Positions 45,581-56,764 of a stretch of 64,000 nucleotides of DNA are shown piece after piece. Numbering within the stretch: the stretch's first letter is position 1; each line of letters opens with the position of its first letter. Source of the DNA: a virus. The translations under genes and the position numbers were made by a program. The notes under the pieces are model-generated. The model saw only the letters and a list, made by a program, of their open reading frames with translations. It was not told the DNA's origin and made no database searches. The stretch covers positions 32,001-96,000 of IMG/VR virus record IMGVR_UViG_3300025120_000017. The stretch is one strand, 5' to 3'.

Positions 45581-47863
45581 TTAGCTTGTTTGTCCTCTAT
45601 TTGTTGGTCCAAATGTATTAAAATTACTTCCTCTTACTTGGGAAGATAGTCTATTAATTTCTTTATCACTTGCAGTGTTTCCTAAGGTTTGTCTTTCTGC
45701 GCTCATTCCCATTGATACTTTCCTAGCAATTTCTCTTTCTATGCTTTCTTGATATGTAAGAGCATCAGCGTTTAAAGTCTTTATAGTGGTTTGCTGTTGT
45801 GCAATAACAAGAGACTGATCTGAATTAATTTCACTTAATTCTTTTATCTTATCATTAAGATTTTTAAGAGCATCTTTTACATCATCGGTAGTTTTTGTTT
45901 GACTGTCAATAAACCTACCCGAATATAATAAAGTTTCTGGTGAATTTTTACCTACTTTAGTAGTAATAAAGAAATTAGAATTAACAGCTCCTGCTATTTG
46001 TTGATATATTTCTTTAGTAATTCTAAAAAGTATTTGGCCTTTTTCTCTTTTTACGCTCTCATTATTTTCTTGAGTAAGTTTAAGTACTTCCCCATTACTT
46101 GGCGTAAAGTTTAAATATATTTCACCTATTTTAGTTAAATCAAAACTCACTGCTTCATCTTCTATTACATCAAAAATGTTAAAAAGTATATAATTATCAA
46201 ATGGGCTTACGGAGATAGATCCTAGATTTTGTCCAAATATGTTTTTAGTACCACTTGAAGATTTATCTACTATTTTATTATCTGAATTTATAATAACAGT
46301 ACTTGCTGATATATTTACATTTTTAGTTTCTTTAAACGAAGTAATATTTTTACTATAAAGATCAGTGTTATTTATATTTGTATCTTCTGATGAATTATTA
46401 GTGTCTCCAAGTAAATTAATAACTTTTTTATTATAAACATCAAATGATTGTATATTACTTTTAAGATTTATCTTAATAAGTTCTTGTCCATATTTAGCAG
46501 GGTTAAAACTTAAATAAGTACCTCTTTTTTCAGATATGCTATTAGTATTTACATTTAATATCTTAAGAGTGTACTCAATTTTAAAACTTAATGCGCTTCC
46601 TCCATATTTTAAAACTGGTCTAAACTCATTAGGATCTGAATAATTACTATCTTGAATGTATGATAGTTCAGAGGTTCTTATAAATGAGCTTATGTCATCA
46701 AATTCTGTCCCGTCACTTGCAACAACTTTTATTTTAACAGATCCTACTATTGTTGGATCATATATAAGTAAATCACCCTTATTCATACTAAGATTCAGAG
46801 TAGTGTCAAGACCTGTTTCAAGAGCAACCCAATAAGAACCTGCATCTAAATTATTTAAAAATGTATTATTTGATAAGTTTGGAGTACCTGTGCTAATTCT
46901 ATAAGAACCTATAAACTCATAACTACTAATTGTGTTAGGTAATTGCTCAGAAACAACTAATTCGTGTAATGCAATATATGAACTTCCTGCATTATTTAAT
47001 GTTGTCATATAATCTCCAAATATTACACTATTGAATGTACCATAAAACTCGATATAATCACCATTTGTGCTATCATTTATGTATACACCCACATCATTAA
47101 ACTCATCACTAGATGATATGCTAGATATCTCTGCATCTGTTATATGAGTGTATATTTGATTAGATTTCTTCTCAAACTTTGAAAACATACCTGCCTGTAT
47201 TTCAATATTAGCAGTATCATAAAACCCTTGCCCATTAGTTATCTTATATGCAAGAATGTCTGCATTAGCAGATTGTTGAAATTGTGTTTTATATGAATCT
47301 TTTAAATATCTTAATGCAGGAACTTTATATTCAATATATGTTGAGTATTGTCTACCTCCATATAAAAATGGATTACCATTAAGCGTAATCCAATTATCCT
47401 CAAATGTAAAAATACCATTAAGTAAGTTTACTTTAACATTTTTTTTATCATTTACTGATACTCTTATGCTTGCTCCATCATTTTCATTAAATGAAAAACC
47501 TTGAATAAAATGTAATCTAACAGTATCATAAATAACACCTTCAGACGCTGACCATGATAATGGTAAACTGGCAGTATTAGTTAGTTTAGCATCAGCATCA
47601 TTATATGGAGATCCTAGCTTATTTGTTGTTAATAGAGCATAATTAATATTCTTATCATCAATGTTAACAACTGATCTGTTTCTAGTGTTTGCTGTGAAAG
47701 CTTCTGTGCCATCGGTATTCATTACTTGTCTCTGCGAATTATGCGCATTTTCCATTAAATAAAAACCTGCATCTGTTGTATTAATAGCATCAGGTGATGA
47801 AGCATCATAGTATATGTATTCAACTAATATATTATTTGAAGAAAGATTTAAGAATAAACTCAT
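45581..47863 (-). CDS. large putative virion structural protein
   Basis: 760 aa, rich in Asn/Ser/Thr and aromatics, C-terminal coiled coil, in the tail cluster. Confidence 0.65.
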   Translation of the reverse strand: MSLFLNLSSNNILVEYIYYDASSPDAINTTDAGFYLMENAHNSQRQVMNTDGTEAFTANTRNRSVVNIDDKNINYALLTTNKLGSPYNDADAKLTNTASLPLSWSASEGVIYDTVRLHFIQGFSFNENDGASIRVSVNDKKNVKVNLLNGIFTFEDNWITLNGNPFLYGGRQYSTYIEYKVPALRYLKDSYKTQFQQSANADILAYKITNGQGFYDTANIEIQAGMFSKFEKKSNQIYTHITDAEISSISSSDEFNDVGVYINDSTNGDYIEFYGTFNSVIFGDYMTTLNNAGSSYIALHELVVSEQLPNTISSYEFIGSYRISTGTPNLSNNTFLNNLDAGSYWVALETGLDTTLNLSMNKGDLLIYDPTIVGSVKIKVVASDGTEFDDISSFIRTSELSYIQDSNYSDPNEFRPVLKYGGSALSFKIEYTLKILNVNTNSISEKRGTYLSFNPAKYGQELIKINLKSNIQSFDVYNKKVINLLGDTNNSSEDTNINNTDLYSKNITSFKETKNVNISASTVIINSDNKIVDKSSSGTKNIFGQNLGSISVSPFDNYILFNIFDVIEDEAVSFDLTKIGEIYLNFTPSNGEVLKLTQENNESVKREKGQILFRITKEIYQQIAGAVNSNFFITTKVGKNSPETLLYSGRFIDSQTKTTDDVKDALKNLNDKIKELSEINSDQSLVIAQQQTTIKTLNADALTYQESIEREIARKVSMGMSAERQTLGNTASDKEINRLSSQVRGSNFNTFGPTNRGQTS

Positions 47864-48616
47864 TTAAAATTGTATTATTTTATACGAAAGCCCTATACCT
47901 ATTTGAGGTACTATAGTAAAATTTGTACCAAGCCCTATTCCAAAATATGGGCCCACATTGAACCTTTTGTTATTTAATTTCTTTAAAGATGGAAGTATCT
48001 TTGGATCTAACACAACTGGTGTTATAGATTCAGCATTAAATCCTGGATGTTTACTTGTTACACTAACAATTAAATCATTACCATCCTCACTTAAAACTAT
48101 TTCTGCATCAAATATAAGCTCATCTCTATCAATAGTAAACTCACCTACATTTATTGCACTGTCTGCAGTAACAATAATTAACTTACCTGCAAGATGCCTT
48201 TCATTCCCTGGATTATAAATAGTGTCTTTACTGAACGGGACTTTAAATGTTGAGTCATTTATTTTAAATACGGTTGAATTAACTGTGACAGTATCATGAA
48301 TAACCTTAACGCCTGCATTTACATATACAACTGGCTTAGACTTAAGTTCTTTAGATAAATTATTAACTTTTTTATATAAAGATTTATTATAAACTTTAAG
48401 ATCTTTAAGTTCTGATACCATGCTCTTTTTTTGACTAACTAATTGGCCGTTTTTTAATACAGTTGTTTTAATAGTATCTTGCATAGCTTCAATATTATTA
48501 TTCTTTAAAATAAGGTCAGCTTGCACAGATTTCTTAGAGTCATGCGAACACTTTAATAGGAATAGTAAACATAATACTATTCCTATATATACTATATCTC
48601 TTTTTTTAAGTTTCAT
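47864..48616 (-). CDS. membrane-anchored coiled-coil protein, spanin-like candidate
   Basis: N-terminal TM/lipobox-like LLKC, coiled coil, C-terminal amphipathic beta hairpin ending in Phe. Confidence 0.55.
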   Translation of the reverse strand: MKLKKRDIVYIGIVLCLLFLLKCSHDSKKSVQADLILKNNNIEAMQDTIKTTVLKNGQLVSQKKSMVSELKDLKVYNKSLYKKVNNLSKELKSKPVVYVNAGVKVIHDTVTVNSTVFKINDSTFKVPFSKDTIYNPGNERHLAGKLIIVTADSAINVGEFTIDRDELIFDAEIVLSEDGNDLIVSVTSKHPGFNAESITPVVLDPKILPSLKKLNNKRFNVGPYFGIGLGTNFTIVPQIGIGLSYKIIQF

Positions 48617-51600
48617 TAAACAAGTGGTATTGGTTCTGTGTATACATTTGCATAAATATCTTCTAAATTAGTTTCACCGCTATTACTAGAAGTGTAAGGA
48701 TCAATAGTTCTATATAATGTGTTTGGGTGCATAGTTCCTTCATTTCTATAAGTTACCTCAAATTCAGCAAATGCTTCTTGTCCTAATTGAGGAGTTATGA
48801 ACTTTTCAACTCCGGTTGAAGTTTCATATATATGTAGTTGCTGTCCTCCTCGACCTTTTGCAGATATAATATTACCAAAGTCAGTTGAGCCATCTAATAC
48901 AGTTGAAGCATTTGCATACCATGATAAATCAGCATTTACACCACCAGGAGTATCAAAATTCTTAAATCCTGAAAATGGAACGCCTGTTATAAAATCAAAA
49001 TCATTTATTACAGTATTTCCTCGATTAGGATTTTTAAGTCCATTAAGGTTAATTATAAAATATGTTCCTTTATAAACAGGGTCATAAAATTTCTGAGTTC
49101 TTTGTCTGAATTGTGAAACTATTGTATCATTTTTCCAGTTAGAGTTATCATATGTCTCCCAATCATAGGTCATATAGTATGCATTAGGTTCATCAGATGC
49201 TCTTTCTAGCTTTCTATCATTATAGACATTCCTTTCATTCTTTGTCACGCCTCCAGTAGTACGTCGGATAGCAATCACGCCGCTAGGAATTTGCGGCACA
49301 TCACCGAGAGGTCTTATAACATTTATACTTGATGAACCTGATGCATATTGTACTGTCTGGTGAAGTCCATCAAAATGTGTATGAAATGGTAGATTTTCAT
49401 TTCTTAAATATGGAAAACCTCCTTTAACAAACCCAGACTTTAATGGCCGATATGCATTTATGATATATTCTCCGCTATTATTAAGTCTATAATTATCTGG
49501 TGTAGGAACCCCAGTTCCATCATTATATGTAATTCTGGTATTTAGCGCTATTGTATCACTATTAGGAAATATTTGTTTAGGAAATCTACCAAAATAATTT
49601 GGTAAAACTACCCTAAATTTACTATCAAACCCTCTAGGTGCAAGCATTGATAGGCCATCATTTCCATATAAATCATTTATACTAGTCACAGAGTTTTTTA
49701 TAGCATTTTTTAAACCTACTGGTGTAGTTATATTAAATGTATTTCCTGTTGTTGCTCTTACAAGATATGTACTATTTAATGCATTATAATCAAACGCTGG
49801 ATTATCTTGTAATCCTGGCAGAGGTTTATCAGATCCATACCCGTGTATACCTTCTATAGTACTAAAGGCTCCTCTTAAATATACATCTCTTGTGTCTGCT
49901 AGCACAGCTCCATTACATACATAATAACCTTTAAACTCACCAGACCCTTTTCCTGGGAATGCCATTGACCACTGATTATATGTAGCTGTACCCCCAGCCC
50001 CATTTGGTTCACTTCCTTGATTCCATGAATATCTACCAATCTCATTACCCGTGCCAGATGCTGTTTGCCCATAGAGTCCTCGAGTTCTTGTAAAGAAATT
50101 AAAACTAGACATTTTAATTTCACCAACCATTATTATTGAGCCTGTTGGTAAACCTACTTTTTGAGGTGATTCCCATTTTACTATACCATGTCCACCATTA
50201 ACTGCAACATACCCTTCTTTATTTTCTGCTAATCCATACTCTCTTATACGAACGGTTCCATATAAATCTAAGGATCCTGTTGGCATTTTTTTATGACCTT
50301 CATCTAAATATAATTCAATGTTCTTATCTTTATTAACATCTGACGGATCAATGTTTCCAGCAGCATCTTTCTGCTGATTAAAGAACCCTGGAAAAATACC
50401 TAAACGAGTTAATGATTTATCTTTACCAACAAACCCATCTGCTATATTATATCCTAATGAATTAAAATCTAATCCATCTTCAGGTAGAAAATTATATGCG
50501 CTTGCGGTTGATCCATATGCCATAGGATTGGATCCACTAGGTATTCTGAAATTCATTGCGCTATATCCCATTATAGGAGTATCATAGCCTTGACCTAAGT
50601 AAAATACATTAGATGTTGAAGTTTGATTTCCTTTTCTTGCTTCTATTCTAGTTTGTCCTATTCTTAGCTGAGTATCTCTATAATTATTTGCATTTCTATA
50701 ATCATATGTTTTGGAAAGAATCTGTCTTCTTTTCTTATATGTTCCTTGTGTACTCCATGTATTTGCAGCCTCTTCCTCTACAACATCATTAACAATAATA
50801 AGTTCATTTGCATTCTTATCAAATGAAGAATTAGCATTTCTACCAATTACAGTTGAGTTAATATTATCTATATAACTTGCAGCTTTTGTTTTTGCCACAG
50901 TGCTTGATAGCGATATGCCACCATATCTTGTTATAAATTGACTAGTTGTACTAGAAAAATAAGTGTCTGCTGGATTATCACTACCTATTATTGCAAAACT
51001 ATCTTTTATATTATATTCTGTATATGTATCTGTGTTAAAGAAGTTAGACCAATCTGTTATTTTACTAATTGTCTTAATCTCTGCTCTTGAATATCCTGCA
51101 CTTAATCTAAATGTATTTGCACCTGTGCTTCTAAGATTAATACTTCCTACTGATGTTATACCAAAGTCAAAATTTCTATTTAATACTGCAAGCTTAGTAA
51201 ATGAGTCATATACACCGTAATTACTTACGCCTTTATATAATGCATCATAATCAGGATGTGTTTTATTAAGACCTATTGCAATACCATTAGTATATTCGCT
51301 ATTAGGATCTTTACCATTAGTAGCTAACGTGGGAAATGGATCTTTATAGTCATTTTGTCCTATTATTAACATAGGTACATCGCTTTCCTCTGTTGGAAAA
51401 TTAGAAAAATGTGGTTCAAATGTTCCATTATCTTTAAACATTGAAAGATATCTTGCAAGAACTAGTGAATTATTACCTAATCCTAGTGCAGCAAAATCTA
51501 AACCTTTATCAATATATCCGCTAGTTCCAGCACTATCATCCTCATCATTAATACTAGCTGCATTAATTAAATGATCATTTAAGGTTTTATAACTTCCGCC

Positions 51601-52041
51601 TAAAGTACCATTAGGAACAACAGAACCAGTGGTTGATGATGGATTAGAAAGTATTATTGAAATAGAGCCATCACCAGCAGGGCCAGCAGGGCCAGCAGGT
51701 CCTTTTATGTTAAGTCCGCTATTTACCCAAGGAGCACTAGGTCCAGCAGATCCTGCTAAATAGTATTGTATATCACCATCAGCTTTTAAACGAAAATCAT
51801 TATTTTTAAAAGATCCGTCAGTTGGTACATTTATTGTGCCTGTTGTTGTAGAATCAGCACCAAACCATTCAGATCCTCTAATACCTCTACTACCTGCAGG
51901 TCCACCTGGTCCGTCTGGGCCAGCAGGGCCTTGTGGCCCGCCTCCTGCTGCTATAAGTTGGTCAAAGTTATAGTTAACCTTTTCAACTAATTCTAAGATG
52001 TCATTAGAACCATATAATTCTTTAATTATGATTGAACTCAT
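48616..52041 (-). CDS. baseplate/tail fibre protein with collagen-like repeats and tail-collar-like domain
   Basis: KVNYNFDQL (gp9/gp10-like), GPQGPAGPDGPGGPAG, LPTGSII..GYYVCNG..LPNYFGRF. Confidence 0.75.
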   Translation of the reverse strand: MSSIIIKELYGSNDILELVEKVNYNFDQLIAAGGGPQGPAGPDGPGGPAGSRGIRGSEWFGADSTTTGTINVPTDGSFKNNDFRLKADGDIQYYLAGSAGPSAPWVNSGLNIKGPAGPAGPAGDGSISIILSNPSSTTGSVVPNGTLGGSYKTLNDHLINAASINDEDDSAGTSGYIDKGLDFAALGLGNNSLVLARYLSMFKDNGTFEPHFSNFPTEESDVPMLIIGQNDYKDPFPTLATNGKDPNSEYTNGIAIGLNKTHPDYDALYKGVSNYGVYDSFTKLAVLNRNFDFGITSVGSINLRSTGANTFRLSAGYSRAEIKTISKITDWSNFFNTDTYTEYNIKDSFAIIGSDNPADTYFSSTTSQFITRYGGISLSSTVAKTKAASYIDNINSTVIGRNANSSFDKNANELIIVNDVVEEEAANTWSTQGTYKKRRQILSKTYDYRNANNYRDTQLRIGQTRIEARKGNQTSTSNVFYLGQGYDTPIMGYSAMNFRIPSGSNPMAYGSTASAYNFLPEDGLDFNSLGYNIADGFVGKDKSLTRLGIFPGFFNQQKDAAGNIDPSDVNKDKNIELYLDEGHKKMPTGSLDLYGTVRIREYGLAENKEGYVAVNGGHGIVKWESPQKVGLPTGSIIMVGEIKMSSFNFFTRTRGLYGQTASGTGNEIGRYSWNQGSEPNGAGGTATYNQWSMAFPGKGSGEFKGYYVCNGAVLADTRDVYLRGAFSTIEGIHGYGSDKPLPGLQDNPAFDYNALNSTYLVRATTGNTFNITTPVGLKNAIKNSVTSINDLYGNDGLSMLAPRGFDSKFRVVLPNYFGRFPKQIFPNSDTIALNTRITYNDGTGVPTPDNYRLNNSGEYIINAYRPLKSGFVKGGFPYLRNENLPFHTHFDGLHQTVQYASGSSSINVIRPLGDVPQIPSGVIAIRRTTGGVTKNERNVYNDRKLERASDEPNAYYMTYDWETYDNSNWKNDTIVSQFRQRTQKFYDPVYKGTYFIINLNGLKNPNRGNTVINDFDFITGVPFSGFKNFDTPGGVNADLSWYANASTVLDGSTDFGNIISAKGRGGQQLHIYETSTGVEKFITPQLGQEAFAEFEVTYRNEGTMHPNTLYRTIDPYTSSNSGETNLEDIYANVYTEPIPLV

Positions 52042-52043
52042 AG

Positions 52044-55000
52044 TTAATTAGATTTTATTTTAATTACAAAGGCTAATGTTACATCTTTATCACTAGGTAA
52101 TGAATATTCAAAAGTTTTATCATAATCATTTTCCTTAATCCCACTGATAATAACATCATTTAGTTTAGTAAAGCCATTCTGTAACAATTCTTGTACGTTA
52201 TATTTATCTTCGATGTAAATGATACTTTCACCAATAGGAGTAAATTTACCATAAACCTCTACATTAACTACTTCATATCTTGGCAATATATTAGTTAGTA
52301 CATACCTGCCTACATCATCATCTAAAGTATTAAGATCATCAAAATTAAATCGTGTATTAACATATGTGTTAAAGAGTGAAGAAAGACTAGGTGATATTTG
52401 ATTTATCAACTTATCTTTAGTTCGTAATTTACCTTTTATTTTATACACTTTATTTATGTCATTATTTGTTCTAAAAAGAGTGTATAATATTTCTTTATCA
52501 GGAAGCAACCCTGTGCCTGTACTTGTTATATCAGATGATGTAAACTTTTCTAATGATATATTATCAGGTATGTTCATTATTGCTGATCCTAGCATACTAG
52601 GAACATCCTTAGGTTCAACATATCCAGGTAATGATACAAATGTTTTTTTATCTACATATTTTCTATAATAATTATGATCCCAATCACTTCTAAAAATATA
52701 ACTATCTAACTTATCAATAGCAATTTCAGAAATGCTCCACCATTGTGGCTTTAATTGACTTTCACTAGATAATTCTAATACAGTAAGAGGGTTATCAGGG
52801 TTTACTTTATTTATGTACTGTTGTTTATATAGAGCAAATTCTGGATAATTAGAAAAGAATTGAACGTTTTTAAACAATAACTGATCTCTAATTTCTTTAT
52901 TAAATTTAGTTCCATGATTATCATTAAAGAAAACTATGTCATTAACTTTAGGAGAGAAGTTACCTTTAACTCTACTTATAGGTGTTAAGTATGTGTTATT
53001 AAGATTTGTAATTACTGATCCTACTGGCTTATAATCATTATCACTCACGGCATTAGTAATAAAAGGCTCAGATTTTAAATAATCGGCCTTTGCATTAATA
53101 TCACTATTAATAAACTCTATAGTAAACTCATCTTCTGATTTAACTACATTACCGCTAGCATCTTCATCAAAACTTATATATTCTATTGAAGGATTTCCAT
53201 TATTTACTTTGTTAAATATTTCACCAAAACTTAAATTTTGAATAATACCAGTAAATGCATTAAACCCGCCATCTCTATATATTGGAGTTTCTTTAACACT
53301 ATTAGCAAAATTTGGATATATGTTTAGATATGAGTTATTAAAAGCTGCATAAGTAAGCCCAGTAGTACTAAACTCAAATATACTTGCTTTAATACTATCA
53401 GAACTAACCTCTTGGATTCCATCAATTTTTATTATTCCTTTTATTGTGGTTATTTCTATTTTATTATATCGTCCACTTTCATCAGGTAATATCTGTGTCC
53501 TAAAATCTGGTAAGCTATTATCTGTGCTATTTTGAAATCCTTTTATGATAAATGAACCATCTAGTGCTATGTCCCATGTTTTATTATCAGCTGCATCATA
53601 TGGAGCAAATGCACCAAGTAATAATATATCAGAAATTACATTATCAGCACTATATTTATCTTTAATTACATATAAACTACTTCTATCTAAATATCTTTGA
53701 TTGTTTTCATCAAGGGTTAAGTAAAAATCATCAAGGTTTGCTTCTATATAAAATGTTATAGTTTTATATTTTTTATTTTCTATTATTTTATATGATAATG
53801 GACTTGTAGTATCATTTGTAAGTACTGCTGCAAATTTATATCCATTAAAATAATTACTTGGATAAGTAACAATATTCTTAATATTGAAGTTTAACGGAGT
53901 TTCATATTCATTTCTACGCTTTATGATTAATTTAGCTCCCCTAAACATTACGCTAGAATATGATACATCATTTCCACCAGAAAAAATACTATACTTTATT
54001 CTTCTAGGAATGTCAACAGTTGCACTTACTCTCTCTTGAATAAAATAATTTGAAAATTTATCAGATGTCATATCTATAATGTCAGCTTGTGATATAAAAT
54101 CTTCAAAGTATGAAAAAGTATCAATCCTTTCAATATCAGTTAAATATGGAGGAAATTTTTGTAGGTAATACCATTCATGAGTAAAGTATCTTGTATCTGC
54201 TGTTTTATAAAACCTACTAGGTGAAAATGAAGTAAAGCCAAATGCAGTAGATGTATTAAGCCTATAGCCATTTTCTCTAACATCTTTTCCATCATCATCA
54301 AATACCCATTTATTAATAAACGGTATAATTCTACCCGGTGTTGCTAATGTAGGTAATTCATTTTCAGATAGCCTATTATACTCATTATCTATTTTAGGAG
54401 ATTCATTTGTTGTTTCATTAATGATCCCAACAAGACTAGCAAATCCACTATCAGAAAAAGAATTCATAGCCGATGATATGTTTATAGGTGTAGTAACACC
54501 TATATTGTTTGTGATGTAATTTATTTGCTTTTCTATATACCCATCACCATCTTTTTTATAATCACTTCTAAACTGGTCAATATCAAACTGCTTTATAGGA
54601 TAGCATGATAATAAACCAACTTCATTAGGCTTATTATTATATATGTAAGCATAATTACCAGGTGATAAAAAAATTGATTCATCATCTTCTATATCAACTA
54701 TTACATATTTAAAAAAGTCTGTAAAATCTATAAGAGTTCTGCCGTCAAGTACATAATCATCAGTATATCTATACACTCCTTTAATTTTACTAAACCATGT
54801 GTTTGTTTTTAAGAATTTTGTATTATTAAAATATGAAAAGAATTCAGCATCAACTCTGATTCTACTTACTTTACTTGTTTTTCCTCCTATTAGTGTTGAT
54901 TCTAAAATCCATGAAGATGTTGGTGCATATGTAGTTGCTCCTATATCATCATATCCTTTAAAATGGGTAGATGCTGTTCTAAATGTACTATTATAATCTG

Positions 55001-56690
55001 AAACATTAATAAAGCTTAAGTCATTAAAATTAATAGTAATAGATGGCGCCGTAGGCTTATTTGAATATATAAGCCATTTATAAGTATTTGCAAAATCATT
55101 TTCAACTCTTGATGCAATGATTACTTTATTACCTATGTTAACTGCGCTTAATCCAAAATCATCATCATTGCTTGCATACTTATTTATAACGTCTGTTAAT
55201 GCCTTTGCACTATTTTCAGGCAATCCTGCAGAAGAAAATTTATTTGATATGAATGTACCTTGAGGTAAAGAACTATCCGCAATAAATGAACCTATTTTAG
55301 AAAAATCTGCATTATACTCATTAACTTTTTTAAGACGTACTTCAACATTATTTATGTTTCCTGTTATTGTTAATTCAACATACCCTTTTCCAGATGTGCT
55401 TACATTTTTTGCAGGTATGACACCTACAGATTCATCTGTGTATCCTTTAAAATCAATTAACTCTATTTCTTTATTTTTTAATACTATTTCATTAGTACTC
55501 CAGTCTGTATTGGTATTTACATTAAAATACTTATTAGTAGTTCCTTTAACATATGGAATATAATTACTGTTTTTTATATCAGCGGATAACAGGTCATAGT
55601 TTGTTAATCCATTTATGAATAGTTTAACCCCATTTTCATTCTTAAACGTAAAGTTCTTTTTATCATTAATGTTTATTTGATCATTAGTGAAAACATCTTT
55701 ATTTTGTTTAAAATTTTGTGGTTTTTTATTATAAAAATCTTTACCATTTAGATAAAATTTGCTAATAACTTCAGTATTAACAAAGAATCCGAAATATCTA
55801 GATACTTCATAATCATCTTTATTCTCATCATCAAATAAGAACTCGAAGTTTATCATATTAGCACATATGACAGAGTTTCGCTCAAATCCATTAGTTACAT
55901 TATTATCAAATTCTGTAATTGTTTTATCACTAGCATAAAAATTATCAAAAGATTCTTCAGGCTCCTCAGTAAACCCACTCTTTTTTAATGATATTCCATT
56001 ATATGTAGAGTATTCATTATTATTATATTTTATTGTAATAGGAGACTCTGGAAAATTATTATCTTGTAAATGATTTCTAAGGTATTTTCCAATGACAGTG
56101 TTTTCACTCATGTCATATACTTTATGAATTTCGCTATTTTTTAAAATAGTATTAAAAAAGTAATCTGATGTGTTTCCATTAAGGTAATCTGGATTATATA
56201 TCTGCTTTTCTATTACATCATTATATGATGTTATAATATCTCTAGTGTTAATAGAAACAGGGTCATTAAGTCTAAAAATAACAAAATTTTCAGGAATGTC
56301 ACTTCCTTCTAACCAAGATGGTGCAAAATATGCAAGTTGTTCAGGGTATTCTTTGGAAACTTTAGGGTATGCACCTTGTGTATACTGTGTATAATATTGT
56401 TGTGCATATGTATTTTTAACACTTAAGAAGTTTTCATTCTGTGCTAATTTATATACCAGTGATGCAGGTGTCTTGCCTTCATTAAATAATTGATAAACAT
56501 CTGAAGAGAATTTTCTCCTTTCATTAGTTTTAACTGCTTTATATCTATTTAAGCTAAGCTCTTTATCTGCGTCAATTGTCTCTAAATATATTTGACCTTT
56601 ACTATCAACTACAAGTTTTATATTACCTGTAAGCTTAGGGTTAGTTTTTATTAAAGAATAGCTATTTTTTCCTGTAAAAGGTGTGCTCAT
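52044..56690 (-). CDS. very large putative baseplate/structural protein
   Basis: 1548-aa ORF with TAAATATA upstream, in the structural cluster. Confidence 0.65.
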   Translation of the reverse strand: MSTPFTGKNSYSLIKTNPKLTGNIKLVVDSKGQIYLETIDADKELSLNRYKAVKTNERRKFSSDVYQLFNEGKTPASLVYKLAQNENFLSVKNTYAQQYYTQYTQGAYPKVSKEYPEQLAYFAPSWLEGSDIPENFVIFRLNDPVSINTRDIITSYNDVIEKQIYNPDYLNGNTSDYFFNTILKNSEIHKVYDMSENTVIGKYLRNHLQDNNFPESPITIKYNNNEYSTYNGISLKKSGFTEEPEESFDNFYASDKTITEFDNNVTNGFERNSVICANMINFEFLFDDENKDDYEVSRYFGFFVNTEVISKFYLNGKDFYNKKPQNFKQNKDVFTNDQININDKKNFTFKNENGVKLFINGLTNYDLLSADIKNSNYIPYVKGTTNKYFNVNTNTDWSTNEIVLKNKEIELIDFKGYTDESVGVIPAKNVSTSGKGYVELTITGNINNVEVRLKKVNEYNADFSKIGSFIADSSLPQGTFISNKFSSAGLPENSAKALTDVINKYASNDDDFGLSAVNIGNKVIIASRVENDFANTYKWLIYSNKPTAPSITINFNDLSFINVSDYNSTFRTASTHFKGYDDIGATTYAPTSSWILESTLIGGKTSKVSRIRVDAEFFSYFNNTKFLKTNTWFSKIKGVYRYTDDYVLDGRTLIDFTDFFKYVIVDIEDDESIFLSPGNYAYIYNNKPNEVGLLSCYPIKQFDIDQFRSDYKKDGDGYIEKQINYITNNIGVTTPINISSAMNSFSDSGFASLVGIINETTNESPKIDNEYNRLSENELPTLATPGRIIPFINKWVFDDDGKDVRENGYRLNTSTAFGFTSFSPSRFYKTADTRYFTHEWYYLQKFPPYLTDIERIDTFSYFEDFISQADIIDMTSDKFSNYFIQERVSATVDIPRRIKYSIFSGGNDVSYSSVMFRGAKLIIKRRNEYETPLNFNIKNIVTYPSNYFNGYKFAAVLTNDTTSPLSYKIIENKKYKTITFYIEANLDDFYLTLDENNQRYLDRSSLYVIKDKYSADNVISDILLLGAFAPYDAADNKTWDIALDGSFIIKGFQNSTDNSLPDFRTQILPDESGRYNKIEITTIKGIIKIDGIQEVSSDSIKASIFEFSTTGLTYAAFNNSYLNIYPNFANSVKETPIYRDGGFNAFTGIIQNLSFGEIFNKVNNGNPSIEYISFDEDASGNVVKSEDEFTIEFINSDINAKADYLKSEPFITNAVSDNDYKPVGSVITNLNNTYLTPISRVKGNFSPKVNDIVFFNDNHGTKFNKEIRDQLLFKNVQFFSNYPEFALYKQQYINKVNPDNPLTVLELSSESQLKPQWWSISEIAIDKLDSYIFRSDWDHNYYRKYVDKKTFVSLPGYVEPKDVPSMLGSAIMNIPDNISLEKFTSSDITSTGTGLLPDKEILYTLFRTNNDINKVYKIKGKLRTKDKLINQISPSLSSLFNTYVNTRFNFDDLNTLDDDVGRYVLTNILPRYEVVNVEVYGKFTPIGESIIYIEDKYNVQELLQNGFTKLNDVIISGIKENDYDKTFEYSLPSDKDVTLAFVIKIKSN

Positions 56691-56764
56691 CTACTTCTTA
56701 TTTCTTTTTATATTTAATTAATATACCTAATAGAAATAATCAAGCGATATATAATATCATATTC

